Positions 8,387 through 18,174 of a DNA stretch of 46,246 bases are shown one piece after another. This DNA comes from an uncultured Gammaproteobacteria bacterium (GTDB lineage: Bacteria > Patescibacteriota > Microgenomatia > UBA12405). The first letter of the stretch is position 1; every line of letters begins with the position of its first letter. The stretch spans positions 1-46,246 of the forward strand of contig CAZSQT010000014.1 of assembly GCA_964609295.1 (NCBI GenBank). Direction: 5' to 3'. Made by a program: the position numbers and the translations under genes. The notes below the pieces were generated by a model. That model ran no database searches. It had not been told where the DNA came from and worked only from the letters and a program-made list of their open reading frames with translations.

Positions 8387-9576
8387 TGAATAAAAAAATA
8401 GTTCTCAGTTTGATTTTTGTCATTATTCTATCTTTAATTTATCTTTTTCCTCGTCTTTATCAATTTGAGCAAAATATAAATTTTCGTTACGACCAAGGAC
8501 TTCATCTGTTAGAAACATATGAAATGGTCAAGTCTGGCCAAATAAGATTTGTAGGGCCAGCTGTAACTTCCAAAACATTTGAAGGTCGACAATTTTTTAT
8601 CGGTCCTAACTATTATTATTTTTTGGCTATTTTAGGAGTAATTTTTAGTTGGTCAGTTAGCAAAATTATTCTTAGTTTAATTTTTATTGAATTATTTTTT
8701 TATCTTTTATTTTTTTATTTTATTAAAAAATATTTTGGTTTTTTACCTGCCTTAATTACTTTTGTCGGTATCTCTTGCTCTCCTTATCTCATTTACCACA
8801 GTTCTTTTTTTTGGAACCCTCATTTTTTGATTCCTCTGTCTATTCTTCTTCTTATTTTTAGTAAAAATATCTTTATATCTTCGTTTTTGTTTGGGCTAGC
8901 TTTTTCTTTTCATTATTCAGCTATTTTTTGGATAATCCCAATTATTTTAATTTTCAAAATTAATCAAAAAATAAATCTCAAAAACATTTTAATTGCTATC
9001 TCGATGTTTTTGTTAGCCAATCTTCCTTTTTATCTTTTTGAAATCAAAAATTCTTTTTATAATTTTAAAACCATGCTTCTTATATTTTTAAATTCAAAAG
9101 ATTCCGGCAGCCTAACTTCTCATTATTTTATTTTTCCCTTAATTATTTTTGTTATATTTATTTTCTTATATCTATCCCAAAAATATAAAAAACCTTTTTA
9201 TTTAATTCCTTTCCTTTTTCTTATATTTTTTAAAAATACTAATCCTTTAGACAATTTTTGGATATATCCAGATCAAGTTAAAACCGCTCAAATAATTCTC
9301 CAAAAACAATGTTTAGATAATTACAATATTGCCGCTACTATCCAAGGTGATACTCGTTTTTATGATTTAAGATATTTATTGACTATCAACAATTGTCCAC
9401 CTGACAAAGTAGAAAATTATCCTCACAACAAATACCTATATTTGATAAGCAACAAAGACAATCCTCACCAAGAAACTGTTTGGGAAGTTGATAGCTTTAA
9501 ACCATTTCAAATACAAGATAAAATTAAAATTAATCAAAACATCAATCTTTTTCTTATCCAAAGAATTGATAAATAG
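8386..9576 (+). CDS. Polytopic GT-C-type membrane protein, family C (shorter member)
   Basis: 396 aa. Motifs: RYDQGLHLLETYEMV..IRFVGPAVTSKTFEGRQFFIGPNYYYFLAIL, FFWNPHF and LFEIKN. The GTG start shares one nt with the upstream TAG. Confidence 0.55.
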   Translation: MNKKIVLSLIFVIILSLIYLFPRLYQFEQNINFRYDQGLHLLETYEMVKSGQIRFVGPAVTSKTFEGRQFFIGPNYYYFLAILGVIFSWSVSKIILSLIFIELFFYLLFFYFIKKYFGFLPALITFVGISCSPYLIYHSSFFWNPHFLIPLSILLLIFSKNIFISSFLFGLAFSFHYSAIFWIIPIILIFKINQKINLKNILIAISMFLLANLPFYLFEIKNSFYNFKTMLLIFLNSKDSGSLTSHYFIFPLIIFVIFIFLYLSQKYKKPFYLIPFLFLIFFKNTNPLDNFWIYPDQVKTAQIILQKQCLDNYNIAATIQGDTRFYDLRYLLTINNCPPDKVENYPHNKYLYLISNKDNPHQETVWEVDSFKPFQIQDKIKINQNINLFLIQRIDK

Positions 9577-9583
9577 TTTATAG

Positions 9584-9589
9584 TAAAAT
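9584..9589 (+). promoter_or_regulatory. -10-like hexamer TAAAAT, 6 nt upstream of ATG 9596 (possible internal promoter)
   Basis: The 19-bp gap 9577-9595 reads tttatagTAAAATatagagATG. Confidence 0.3.
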
Positions 9590-9595
9590 ATAGAG

Positions 9596-11317
9596 ATGGC
9601 TTTTTTAAACAAATACAAAAATAATATTTTTTTAATAGTTCTTTTAATTGCTCTTCCTGCATTTTTTGCCTTACTTAAGCCTGGTTATTGGAATATGCAT
9701 GACGATATGCAGATGATTAGACAACTTCAATTAGAAAAATGTATTTTTGACGGCCAAATTCCTTGTCGCTGGACTCCCGATTTAGGCTATGGTTACGGCT
9801 ATCCTTTGTTTAATTTTTACCCACCTATGCCCTATATAGTCGGTCAAATATTTCGTACTTTAGGTTTTTCTTTTATCTGGTCAGTCAAGTTAACAGCTAT
9901 TCTTCAAATTTATCTTTGTGCTCTTTTTATGTATCTTTTGGCCTTAAAAATATCCAACAAAAGGGGAGCCATCCTTGCCTCTCTTTTTTATACCTATGTT
10001 CCGTATCATGCTGTCAATATTTATGTCAGAGGAGCAATGAACGAAGCTTGGTCTGCCGTTTTTTTTCCTCTAATTTTTCTTTTTTCTCTCAATTTAATCA
10101 AAAAAACTAATTTATTAAATTTTATTCTTCTTTCTCTTTCTCTCACTGGGTTACTCCTATCTCACAATCCCATGGCTCTCACTTTCGCTCCCATATTAAT
10201 CATCTGGTGTCTCTATTGGCTTTATCATCAAAAATCTTTTTACAAAATCAAACAATACATAATTCTTGGACTTTCAGGACTTTTTTCACTTTTACTTTCT
10301 GCTTTTTATACCTTACCAGTTTTGTTTGAGACAAAATTAGTCCAGATAGAAACAATGTTTGAAAATTATTATCACTATTCTGTCCATTTTACTAGTCTGT
10401 ATCAATTATTTATTAGCAATTTTTGGGGTGATGGTCCTTCAGTCTGGGGACAAGCGGATAAAATGAGCTTTATGATTGGTTATTTACATTGGCTCATCCC
10501 TTTAGCTATTTTTATTTTTATTATTGTAAAAATTATCCAAAACAAAAAAATTCAAAGCTCTCACCTTCTTCCGTTGTTGATTATTTCAATGGGCTTTTTT
10601 ACGGCTTTTATGACTCACGAAAGATCAACTTTCCTTTGGAAAATATTTTCTCCTATCCAAAAAATCCAGTTTCCATGGCGTTTTCTCAATCATACTTCTT
10701 TTTTACTACCTTTATCACTCGCTTTTTTACCTTTGATATTAAAAGAAGTTATTAAGCAAAAAAAATATCGTTTCTACATTTTTATTACATTAGCTGTTTT
10801 GCTTTTTAGTTTAAATATTAGCTATTTTAAGCCCGTCACCAGTGGTCCAATCACTGATGCTCAAAAATTTTCTGGTTTAGCCTGGACAAATCAGATTACT
10901 TCAGGAATTTATGATTATTTACCAAAAACTGCTTCAACTGCCGCCAAAGCTCCCGCCAAAGAATACATTGATTTAGTGGAACCACAAGATACCGTTTATA
11001 CCCTTTCCGGTCAAAAAAGAGGGACTGATTGGATGTTTTTTAATCTTAATTTAGATAGAAGAGCTATTGTAACTTTATCCCAACTCTATTTTCCAGAATT
11101 CGAAATATTAAATCATGGTCAAAAAATAGATTATCAAATTGAACCTGAATTAGGTCGTATATCTCTTAATTTAGATAGGGGAGACCACCAAATATATCTT
11201 AAATTTAGAAATACTCCTATTAGAACTGTTTCTAATTTTATTTCCTTTTTATCCTGGTCTTTAATTTTTATTTTTTTCACTAAACCACTATGGCAGAAAT
11301 TAATCTCGAAGAAATAA
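9596..11317 (+). CDS. Polytopic membrane protein, PTPS-related/YfhO-like putative GT-C glycosyltransferase (family B)
   Basis: 573 aa. N-terminal loop GYWNMHDDMQMIRQLQLEKCIFDGQIPCRWTPDLGYGYGYPLFNFYPP. C-terminal module YFPEFEILNHGQKIDY...LKFRNTPIR followed by a terminal TM. The paralog is 31979-33496. Confidence 0.65.
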   Translation: MAFLNKYKNNIFLIVLLIALPAFFALLKPGYWNMHDDMQMIRQLQLEKCIFDGQIPCRWTPDLGYGYGYPLFNFYPPMPYIVGQIFRTLGFSFIWSVKLTAILQIYLCALFMYLLALKISNKRGAILASLFYTYVPYHAVNIYVRGAMNEAWSAVFFPLIFLFSLNLIKKTNLLNFILLSLSLTGLLLSHNPMALTFAPILIIWCLYWLYHQKSFYKIKQYIILGLSGLFSLLLSAFYTLPVLFETKLVQIETMFENYYHYSVHFTSLYQLFISNFWGDGPSVWGQADKMSFMIGYLHWLIPLAIFIFIIVKIIQNKKIQSSHLLPLLIISMGFFTAFMTHERSTFLWKIFSPIQKIQFPWRFLNHTSFLLPLSLAFLPLILKEVIKQKKYRFYIFITLAVLLFSLNISYFKPVTSGPITDAQKFSGLAWTNQITSGIYDYLPKTASTAAKAPAKEYIDLVEPQDTVYTLSGQKRGTDWMFFNLNLDRRAIVTLSQLYFPEFEILNHGQKIDYQIEPELGRISLNLDRGDHQIYLKFRNTPIRTVSNFISFLSWSLIFIFFTKPLWQKLISKK

Positions 11318-12726
11318 AAAGTAAAAGTACCACCAGTGTTTTGTTTTTATCTTTAAGAAATATCGGTATTCAAGCTATTTCTTTTTTTGGTTTTTTCCTT
11401 CTTACTATTTTACTCAAAAAAGAAGAGATTGGTTTATTTGCCCTAATCGTTGAAATTATAGGTATTTTGGCTTATTTTTCTGATATTGGTCTTGCCGCTG
11501 CTTTAATTCAACAAAAAGAAGAAGTTACCAAAGAAGAATTACAAACCACTTTTTTGATTCAACAAATTTTAGTTTTTACGGGACTTATTGTCTTTTTTAT
11601 CCTTTATCGTAATCATTTATCCAAAAACCTTTTCCTAATAATGGCCCTCTGTTTTTCTTTTATATGTGCTTCTCTTAAGACTATTCCCTCTGTTCTTCTT
11701 GAGAGAAAACTTAATTTTAAAATTTTATCAACCATTGATATCGCCGAAAATCTTAGTTTTTACCTCTTAGCTGTTTTACTAGCTTTTTTGGGTTTTGGAG
11801 TCAACGCTTATGGTTTTGCTGTAATTTTTCGTTCCCTTTTGGGTCTAGTTTGGATATACAAGATGGCCCCTTGGCCAATTGGATTTAAATTCTCCATTCC
11901 TGCAATCAAAAGACTATTTAGATTTGGTATTCCTTTTCAGCTAAATAGTTTCATCGCTATGCTCAAAGACAGAGTCCCCAATGTTTTAGTTGCCAAATAT
12001 ATTGGTTTAAGTAATTTTGGTATCATCTCTTGGGCTCAAAAAGGCCCTCGCACTCCACTTAGCTTTATGGATGCCATTCAGAGAGTTACTTTTCCCACTT
12101 TTGCTCGTATTCAAGATCAAAAAGATATTTTAAATCGATCTATCAAAAAAAGTGTTTTTTTTATTGCCTTGTTTGTTTTTCCTACCTTAACTGGCATCGC
12201 CCTAGTTGCTCCCAATATTATTCACATTGTTCCTGATTACACCAAATGGCAACCCGCCATCATACCTCTTTATATTTATTGTCTTAGTTTTGCTATTGCC
12301 TCTATCACTACTCCTCTTACTAACGCTTTTAATGCTGTTGGTAAAATTACTATCACAACCTGTCTAATGGTCATGTGGACAGTTTTAACTTGGATATTTT
12401 TCCCTCTTTTGTCAATCAAATTTAATTATATCGGAACTGCCTATGCTGCTCTGATTGTCAGTTCTTCCTCTTTTGTTGTTTGGTTTATCGCCAAAAAACT
12501 TTTTAATTTCAACACTATTTCTGCTATCAAACACCCTCTTGTTGCCTCAATTTTAATGCTCTTAATTATTTTTCCTATTGGTAATTTAATTTCTCACCAA
12601 CTTCTTAGTTTAATTATCAAAGTTTTATTAGGGGTTACTATCTATGGTCTTTATCAGTTTTTCTTTTCCAAAAACGAAATTAATTGGTTTATCAAACAAA
12701 TTAAATGCCTAAAAATAAAAGAATAA
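11290..12726 (+). CDS. Wzx-type oligosaccharide/polysaccharide flippase (MOP superfamily)
   Basis: 478 aa with about 12-14 TM segments. N-terminus SVLFLSLRNIGIQAISFFGFFLLTILLKKEEIGLFALI, mid-protein RLFRFGIPFQLNSFIAMLKDRV. Layout is typical of Polysacc_synt/Wzx proteins. Confidence 0.75.
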   Translation: MAEINLEEIKSKSTTSVLFLSLRNIGIQAISFFGFFLLTILLKKEEIGLFALIVEIIGILAYFSDIGLAAALIQQKEEVTKEELQTTFLIQQILVFTGLIVFFILYRNHLSKNLFLIMALCFSFICASLKTIPSVLLERKLNFKILSTIDIAENLSFYLLAVLLAFLGFGVNAYGFAVIFRSLLGLVWIYKMAPWPIGFKFSIPAIKRLFRFGIPFQLNSFIAMLKDRVPNVLVAKYIGLSNFGIISWAQKGPRTPLSFMDAIQRVTFPTFARIQDQKDILNRSIKKSVFFIALFVFPTLTGIALVAPNIIHIVPDYTKWQPAIIPLYIYCLSFAIASITTPLTNAFNAVGKITITTCLMVMWTVLTWIFFPLLSIKFNYIGTAYAALIVSSSSFVVWFIAKKLFNFNTISAIKHPLVASILMLLIIFPIGNLISHQLLSLIIKVLLGVTIYGLYQFFFSKNEINWFIKQIKCLKIKE

Positions 12727-14339
12727 TTATTGGCTTTTTATTAATCATTGGCACAATTATTTTTAGTTTACCAATCATCAGAAGTGGTTTAGTTACAAAA
12801 TATGGTTTGTCTTTTTGGGGAGCCAATGCTCATGATGGTCTTTGGCACTTGAGTTTAATCAATCATCTCAAAAATCCTTTCAACATAGAATTACCTATTT
12901 TTCCAGGTTTTAAGTTAATAAATTACCACCCTTTTTATAATATTTTGATTGCTTTTATTGCCTTTGTATCCAAAATACCTAGCAATTTATTGGTTTTCCA
13001 AATTTTTCCTCTCATATCATCATTTATTATTCTTTATCTAAGCTACCAAATAGCGACCAAAATTACCAAAAATTATCTAGCTGGTTTATTTTTTGCTTTT
13101 TTAACTATTTTTGCCACTTCATTTGGTTGGCTAATTAGTCTTTTACGCGATGGGCAACTATATGGTGAATCAATGTTTTGGGCCATGCAATCTTTTTCTA
13201 CCCAAATCAATCCCCCCTATACTCTTTCCTTAATTTTTCTCTTACTGTTAATTAACGAAACCCTCAAAAAAAAGTCCAATACTTACATCATTGCTTTAAT
13301 TTTATTGCTTTCTCCTATCACTAAAGCTTACTCTATTGTTCCTGTTTTTATCATCGCCTTTTTTCATTTTTTAAACAAAAAACAACTCAAATATTTTTTT
13401 GTTTTTTCCTTTTTTGCTCTACTGTTATTTCTCCAATTTAATTCCTCTTCATCATCCCTTATGGTTTATAAACCATTTTGGTTTCTTCATACTATGGTTG
13501 AAACCACCGATAGATTTTATCTTCCCAAAATTGTTTCCATCATTTACGCCCTCAAAGATTCCCCTTCTTTTAGTCCAAAACTTTTAGTTATAAACATCAT
13601 CCTTCTTTTTGTTTTTATTTTGGGTAATTACTCTTGGCGAGTTTTTGCTTTTTTTGAAATTAAAAACAAAAAATATTTACCCTATTTTTTATCTATTATC
13701 ATTTGTACTCTAATTCCTCTCTTTTTTGTCCAAAAGGGAACGGCTTGGAATACTATCCAGTTTTTGTATTATGCCCTTTTTCTCTCCAATCTATTACTCA
13801 CTATTTATATTTTTAAAAATATTAAAAAACCTCTCTTCAAAATATTATTATTCACCATAATTATTACCTCTATTATCGGTAATGTTGGTAATTTAAAAAA
13901 CTATTTAGGCAATCCACCACCAACATCTATTTCGTTATTAGAGCTAGACGCTTTAAATTTTTTAAAACAACAAGAAAAAGGTATCGTTTTAACCCCACTA
14001 TATGACCCCTATCTCAAAAAAAGATATGACAAGACCCCTATTCCCCTTTATGCCTATGAGACTACATCCTATGTCTCGGCTCTTAGTCAACAACAAGTCT
14101 TTCTAGAAGATGAAATGAATTTAACTATTATTAGAGACAATTGGCAGGAAAGAAAATCTGCAATAAAGGATTTTTTTGATCAACAAAATCCTTATATAGA
14201 TAGAAATTTTTTACTCCAAAATAATATTAGATATATTTATCTTCCTAGGATCTTTAATTTTTCTTTTGACAACATCGATATGTACCTTGATATTATCTTC
14301 CAAAATGAAGAAATAGAGATTATCAAAGTCAAAAAATGA
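12705..14339 (+). CDS. Large polytopic membrane protein of unknown family (possible GT-C-like enzyme, polymerase or ligase)
   Basis: 544 aa, highly hydrophobic. N-terminal loop FWGANAHDGLWHLSLINHL, and GESMFWAMQSFSTQINPPYTLSL. It has a C-terminal soluble segment and sits directly downstream of Wzx. The CDS is solid but the function is not assignable by eye. Confidence 0.4.
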   Translation: MPKNKRIIIGFLLIIGTIIFSLPIIRSGLVTKYGLSFWGANAHDGLWHLSLINHLKNPFNIELPIFPGFKLINYHPFYNILIAFIAFVSKIPSNLLVFQIFPLISSFIILYLSYQIATKITKNYLAGLFFAFLTIFATSFGWLISLLRDGQLYGESMFWAMQSFSTQINPPYTLSLIFLLLLINETLKKKSNTYIIALILLLSPITKAYSIVPVFIIAFFHFLNKKQLKYFFVFSFFALLLFLQFNSSSSSLMVYKPFWFLHTMVETTDRFYLPKIVSIIYALKDSPSFSPKLLVINIILLFVFILGNYSWRVFAFFEIKNKKYLPYFLSIIICTLIPLFFVQKGTAWNTIQFLYYALFLSNLLLTIYIFKNIKKPLFKILLFTIIITSIIGNVGNLKNYLGNPPPTSISLLELDALNFLKQQEKGIVLTPLYDPYLKKRYDKTPIPLYAYETTSYVSALSQQQVFLEDEMNLTIIRDNWQERKSAIKDFFDQQNPYIDRNFLLQNNIRYIYLPRIFNFSFDNIDMYLDIIFQNEEIEIIKVKK

Positions 14340-14345
14340 TAGAAT
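14340..14345 (+). promoter_or_regulatory. -10-like hexamer TAGAAT, 9 nt upstream of ATG 14355 (possible internal promoter)
   Basis: The 15-bp gap 14340-14354 reads TAGAATatatctactATG. Confidence 0.25.
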
Positions 14346-14354
14346 ATATCTACT

Positions 14355-15290
14355 ATGAAAAATAAACCCTTAATTTCAGCGGTAATCAATACCAGGAATG
14401 AAGCCAAAACTCTAGACAAATGCCTTAAATCTCTCAAAGATTTTGCTCAAGAAATAATTATTGTTGATATGGAGTCAACAGACGATAGTCTGAAGATAGC
14501 CAAACGATATCAAGCCAAAATTTTCAAACACAAATTTCTTCCTGTGGTAGAACCAGCCAGAAATTATGCTCTTTCAAAAGCCACTGGCAAATGGATAATT
14601 CTTCTTGATCCAGATGAATATCTTTCTCGAACTCTCAAAAAAGAATTAAAAAATATTACCAAGCGTCACGATGTTGATTTTGTCAAAATTCCTAGACAAA
14701 ACTTTATTTTTGGAAAATGGATGAGACATTCCAAATGTTGGCCTGATTACCTAATTAGATTTTTCAAAAAATCCCATGTTTCCTGGAAAGATGAAATTCA
14801 TAGTCAACCAGAGACTAAAGGTAGCTGCTTAACCCTTCTTGATTCCGAAAAGTTAGCCATAAAACACAACAATTACCCCAATGTATCATCATTTATCACT
14901 AGAGCTCTTCGTTATAGCAACACTCAAGCCGAAGAATTATTAAAACAAGATTATAAAGTAAAAACTAGTGATTTTATTTTAAAACCAACTCAAGAATTTA
15001 ATAGCCGTTTCTTTTATTCTCAAGGTTACAAAGATGGACTACACGGTCTTATTTTTTCCCTTCTTCAAGCTTTTACTATCGCGTTAATTTATATCAGACT
15101 TTGGGAAAAACAAGGTAGTCAAGAAAAAGTTTTAGCCAAAGAATCCTTTATCTCTGCCAGTCAAGAATCAAATTACGAATACAGTCATTGGTTTACCCAG
15201 TATTTCACCGGTGAATATTCACACAATATCTTTAAAAATTTCATTGTCAAAATTAGACACATTTTAAATCGTATTAGTAAAAATTTCTAA
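14355..15290 (+). CDS. GT2 glycosyltransferase (WaaE/KdtX-like subfamily)
   Basis: 311 aa. Motifs: ISAVINTRNEAKTL, IIIVDMESTDDS, LDPDEY (DxD). C-terminal amphipathic GLHGLIFSLLQAFTIALIYIRLWE. Paralogs are at 16204-16992 and 38158-38964. Confidence 0.75.
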   Translation: MKNKPLISAVINTRNEAKTLDKCLKSLKDFAQEIIIVDMESTDDSLKIAKRYQAKIFKHKFLPVVEPARNYALSKATGKWIILLDPDEYLSRTLKKELKNITKRHDVDFVKIPRQNFIFGKWMRHSKCWPDYLIRFFKKSHVSWKDEIHSQPETKGSCLTLLDSEKLAIKHNNYPNVSSFITRALRYSNTQAEELLKQDYKVKTSDFILKPTQEFNSRFFYSQGYKDGLHGLIFSLLQAFTIALIYIRLWEKQGSQEKVLAKESFISASQESNYEYSHWFTQYFTGEYSHNIFKNFIVKIRHILNRISKNF

Positions 15291-15292
15291 CT

Positions 15293-16213
15293 ATGGATAA
15301 AATAGGAATTATTGTTCTAAATTATAAACAAGAAAAATTAACCAAAGATACTGTTGATTCTTTACTTCAAATCAAACACGAAAATTTTAATTACCATATT
15401 TACATTATCGACAACAATTCACCAGACGATTCATTTGATAAATTATCAAAACAATATTCTAATAATGCCAATATTAGTCTTTACCAAAATAAAGTTAACT
15501 CCGGCTATGCTGGTGGTAATAATTTTGGTATTAAAATTGCCTTAAATGATAAAGTAAATTATTGTTTAATTATCAATAACGATGTTCTAGTTGACAAAAA
15601 TTTTCTTCAAATTCTTTACAATACTAGTAAAAAATATGACGATAATTGTATTGTTGGCCCCAAAATATATTTTGCCCCTGGCTATGAATTTCACAAAGAT
15701 AGATATAGCAAATCAGAAATTGGTCGCGTTATCTGGTCCAGCGGTGGTAAGGTTGATTGGGACAATATCTATGGTAGCAACCTTGGAGTTGATGAAGTGG
15801 ACAAGGGCCAAAGAGATCAAGAAAATATATACAATGATTTTTTAACTGGTTGTTGTATTTTAGTCCCTACAAAAATTTTTGATAAAATCGGACTTTTTGA
15901 TGAAAGATATTTTATGTATCTCGAAGATATCGATTTTTGTCATCAAGCCAAACTCAATGGTTTTCAATTAGTCTATGCCCCCAAATCTTTTATCTGGCAC
16001 CTTAATTCTGGTTCCTCCGGTAGTGGCAGTAATCTTCATGATTATTTTACTACTCGCAATCGACTTATCTTTGGTTTCAAATATGCCAAAAGACGAACTC
16101 AATTTGCTTTGTTTCGAGAATCTCTCCGTCTCTTGATTTCCGGTCGAAAATATCAAAAAATTGGTATCAAAGATTATTTCTTAAAAAATTTTTATAAAGG
16201 CTCATGGAAATAA
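15293..16213 (+). CDS. GT2 glycosyltransferase (rhamnosyltransferase/WbbL-like subfamily)
   Basis: 306 aa. Motifs: IGIIVLNYKQ, IIDNNSPDDS, NSGYAGGNNFG, INNDVLV, YLEDIDFCHQAKLNGF. Confidence 0.75.
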   Translation: MDKIGIIVLNYKQEKLTKDTVDSLLQIKHENFNYHIYIIDNNSPDDSFDKLSKQYSNNANISLYQNKVNSGYAGGNNFGIKIALNDKVNYCLIINNDVLVDKNFLQILYNTSKKYDDNCIVGPKIYFAPGYEFHKDRYSKSEIGRVIWSSGGKVDWDNIYGSNLGVDEVDKGQRDQENIYNDFLTGCCILVPTKIFDKIGLFDERYFMYLEDIDFCHQAKLNGFQLVYAPKSFIWHLNSGSSGSGSNLHDYFTTRNRLIFGFKYAKRRTQFALFRESLRLLISGRKYQKIGIKDYFLKNFYKGSWK

Positions 16214-16992
16214 AAAATTTATCAGTTATTATTCTTGCTGGTAATGAAGAAAAAATAATTTCTAAGTGTCTTAAAAGCTGTTCCTTTGCTTCTGAAATTA
16301 TTTTAGTTGCTGCCAACTCTACTGATAAGACAAAAGAAATTGTTCAAAAAATAGCCAATGATGAAAAAATAAAACTCAAAATAGTTGAAACTCAAGATGA
16401 ATACAACAAAAATTTTACCAAATGGCGCAATTTAGGTTATCAAAACGCCAGCAAAGAATGGATTTTGTATATAGATGCCGATGAAGTTATTGATGACAAA
16501 TTAAAGCAAGAAATTATAAATACTATTAGTCACAAAACCCAATACAATCAATATGCCATCCCCAGGGCGAATCACTTTTTAGGCAAAAGAGTAAAATATG
16601 GCGGTACCTATCCAGACTATGTCAAAAGATTATTCAAAAAAGACTCCTTTTCTGGTTATCGAGGTTATTTACACGAAGAACCAATTGTAAAAGGTAAATT
16701 ATCTTATCTTACAAATGATTTACTGCACTTTACTCATCGCCATCTTTCTTCAATGATTGACAAAACTAACGCTTGGACAGACATGGAAGCCCAAGCTCTT
16801 TTTGATGCCAAACACCCTCCCGTTTACTGGTGGCGTTTTCCCCGAATGATGTTTACCAAATTTTACCAACGTCTTATCAAAGAAAAAATGTACAAAGATG
16901 GTATAGTTGGTTGGATTTCTGCTATCTTTGAATCTTTTGATACTTTTATTATTTATGCTAAACTTTGGGAGTTACAACAAAAAACAAAATGA
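16204..16992 (+). CDS. GT2 glycosyltransferase (WaaE/KdtX-like subfamily)
   Basis: 262 aa. Motifs: LSVIILAGNEEKII, ILVAANSTDKT, IDADEV, GIVGWISAIFESFDTFIIYAKLWE. Confidence 0.75.
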   Translation: MEIKNLSVIILAGNEEKIISKCLKSCSFASEIILVAANSTDKTKEIVQKIANDEKIKLKIVETQDEYNKNFTKWRNLGYQNASKEWILYIDADEVIDDKLKQEIINTISHKTQYNQYAIPRANHFLGKRVKYGGTYPDYVKRLFKKDSFSGYRGYLHEEPIVKGKLSYLTNDLLHFTHRHLSSMIDKTNAWTDMEAQALFDAKHPPVYWWRFPRMMFTKFYQRLIKEKMYKDGIVGWISAIFESFDTFIIYAKLWELQQKTK

Positions 16993-18173
16993 ATACCCAT
17001 CGCGCTGCTATTTATGATCCTTATCTTGATACCCTCGGTGGGGGAGAAAGATACTGCCTTAGTGTTGCCGAAATTTTATCCAAAAATGGCTATTTAGTCG
17101 ATATTTTCTGGTCCGGTAACAAAAATTTTTTGAAAAAAGCCGAAAAAAGATTTTCCCTAGACCTTAAGGATATCAATATTGTTCCTGATGTTTTTGGTAT
17201 TGAGCCAAGTATTTTAGAAAATATTGAAGATAAAAATATTTTAAAAAAAATAATTAAAAAAAATCACACATCACTCAAGGCAATCAACAAATTCAAAGAT
17301 TTTATCCAAAAATACAAAACTACCCGACAATACGATCTTTTATTTTTTTTAAGTGATGGCAGTATCCCTTTTATTTTTGCCAAAAAAAATATCCTTCATA
17401 TTCAAGTTCCTTTTTTGAAAAAAAATATTAATTATAATCCTTATCTAAATCTTGTAAAATCAAAAATTTTTTCCAATATAATTTGCAATTCAAAATTTAC
17501 CGCCAGATTTTCTCAAAAAATATTTCCCAAAAATGTAGAAGTTTTGTATCCACCAGTTGATGTCAGCAAGTTCCATCCTGCAGATAAAAAAGAAAATATT
17601 ATTTTATCAGTCGGTCGTTTTGACAATATTTTAAATGCCAAAAGACAAGAAGTTCTTATCAGGGCCTTCAAAAAACTCTCCCCCCAATTACCATCAAAAT
17701 GGAAACTAATTTTGGCTGGTGGTAGTATGGTAGAAGAAGAAAAAAATCGCTATCTTAACTATCTCAAAAAAGAAGCCAAAGATTTTCCTATAGAAATTAT
17801 TGTCAATCCTGCTTTTGAAGAATTAAAAAATATTTATTCTAGCTCCAAAATTTATTGGCATGCTGCTGGCTATCAAGTTAAAGAAAACAATCACCCAGAA
17901 GCTACAGAGCATTTTGGTATGACTATTGTTGAAGCTATGGCCTCTGGATTGGTTCCTGTTGTTGTCAACAAAGGTGGTATTCCAGAAATTATTAAAAACG
18001 ATCATAACGGCTATCTATGGGACAAAATAAATCAATTAGTTAATTATACTTTATCTCTAATCAAAGATGAGCAAAAATTAGAAGAATTAAAAAATGAAGC
18101 TATTAAAGACAGCCTAATCTACTCCAAGGAAAATTTTGAAAAACAATTTTTATCAATTATCAACAAAAAATAA
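16989..18173 (+). CDS. GT4 (GT-B fold) glycosyltransferase
   Basis: C-terminal EHFGMTIVEAMASGLVPVVVNKGGIPEII (E-x7-E region). The start is set at ATG 16989, giving an ATGA overlap with the upstream TGA at 16990-16992. The track start at 16965 is a TTG extension. Confidence 0.8.
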   Translation: MNTHRAAIYDPYLDTLGGGERYCLSVAEILSKNGYLVDIFWSGNKNFLKKAEKRFSLDLKDINIVPDVFGIEPSILENIEDKNILKKIIKKNHTSLKAINKFKDFIQKYKTTRQYDLLFFLSDGSIPFIFAKKNILHIQVPFLKKNINYNPYLNLVKSKIFSNIICNSKFTARFSQKIFPKNVEVLYPPVDVSKFHPADKKENIILSVGRFDNILNAKRQEVLIRAFKKLSPQLPSKWKLILAGGSMVEEEKNRYLNYLKKEAKDFPIEIIVNPAFEELKNIYSSSKIYWHAAGYQVKENNHPEATEHFGMTIVEAMASGLVPVVVNKGGIPEIIKNDHNGYLWDKINQLVNYTLSLIKDEQKLEELKNEAIKDSLIYSKENFEKQFLSIINKK

Positions 18174-18174
18174 T

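Noticed and set aside
10941-10961. Short GC-richer direct repeat ccgccaaag...cccgccaaag (AAKAPAKE) in the family B gene
   Set aside because: There are only two copies of about 9-10 nt, in frame, within a soluble loop. This is too short to distinguish from chance.
16965-16988. Upstream TTG-initiated extensions of three ORFs: 16965, 18136 and 36575
   Set aside because: In each case an in-frame ATG lies just downstream (16989, 18175, 36593). That ATG gives a canonical N-terminus and the ATGA or TATGAAAA coupling junction seen elsewhere in the locus. The extensions only overlap the upstream gene.
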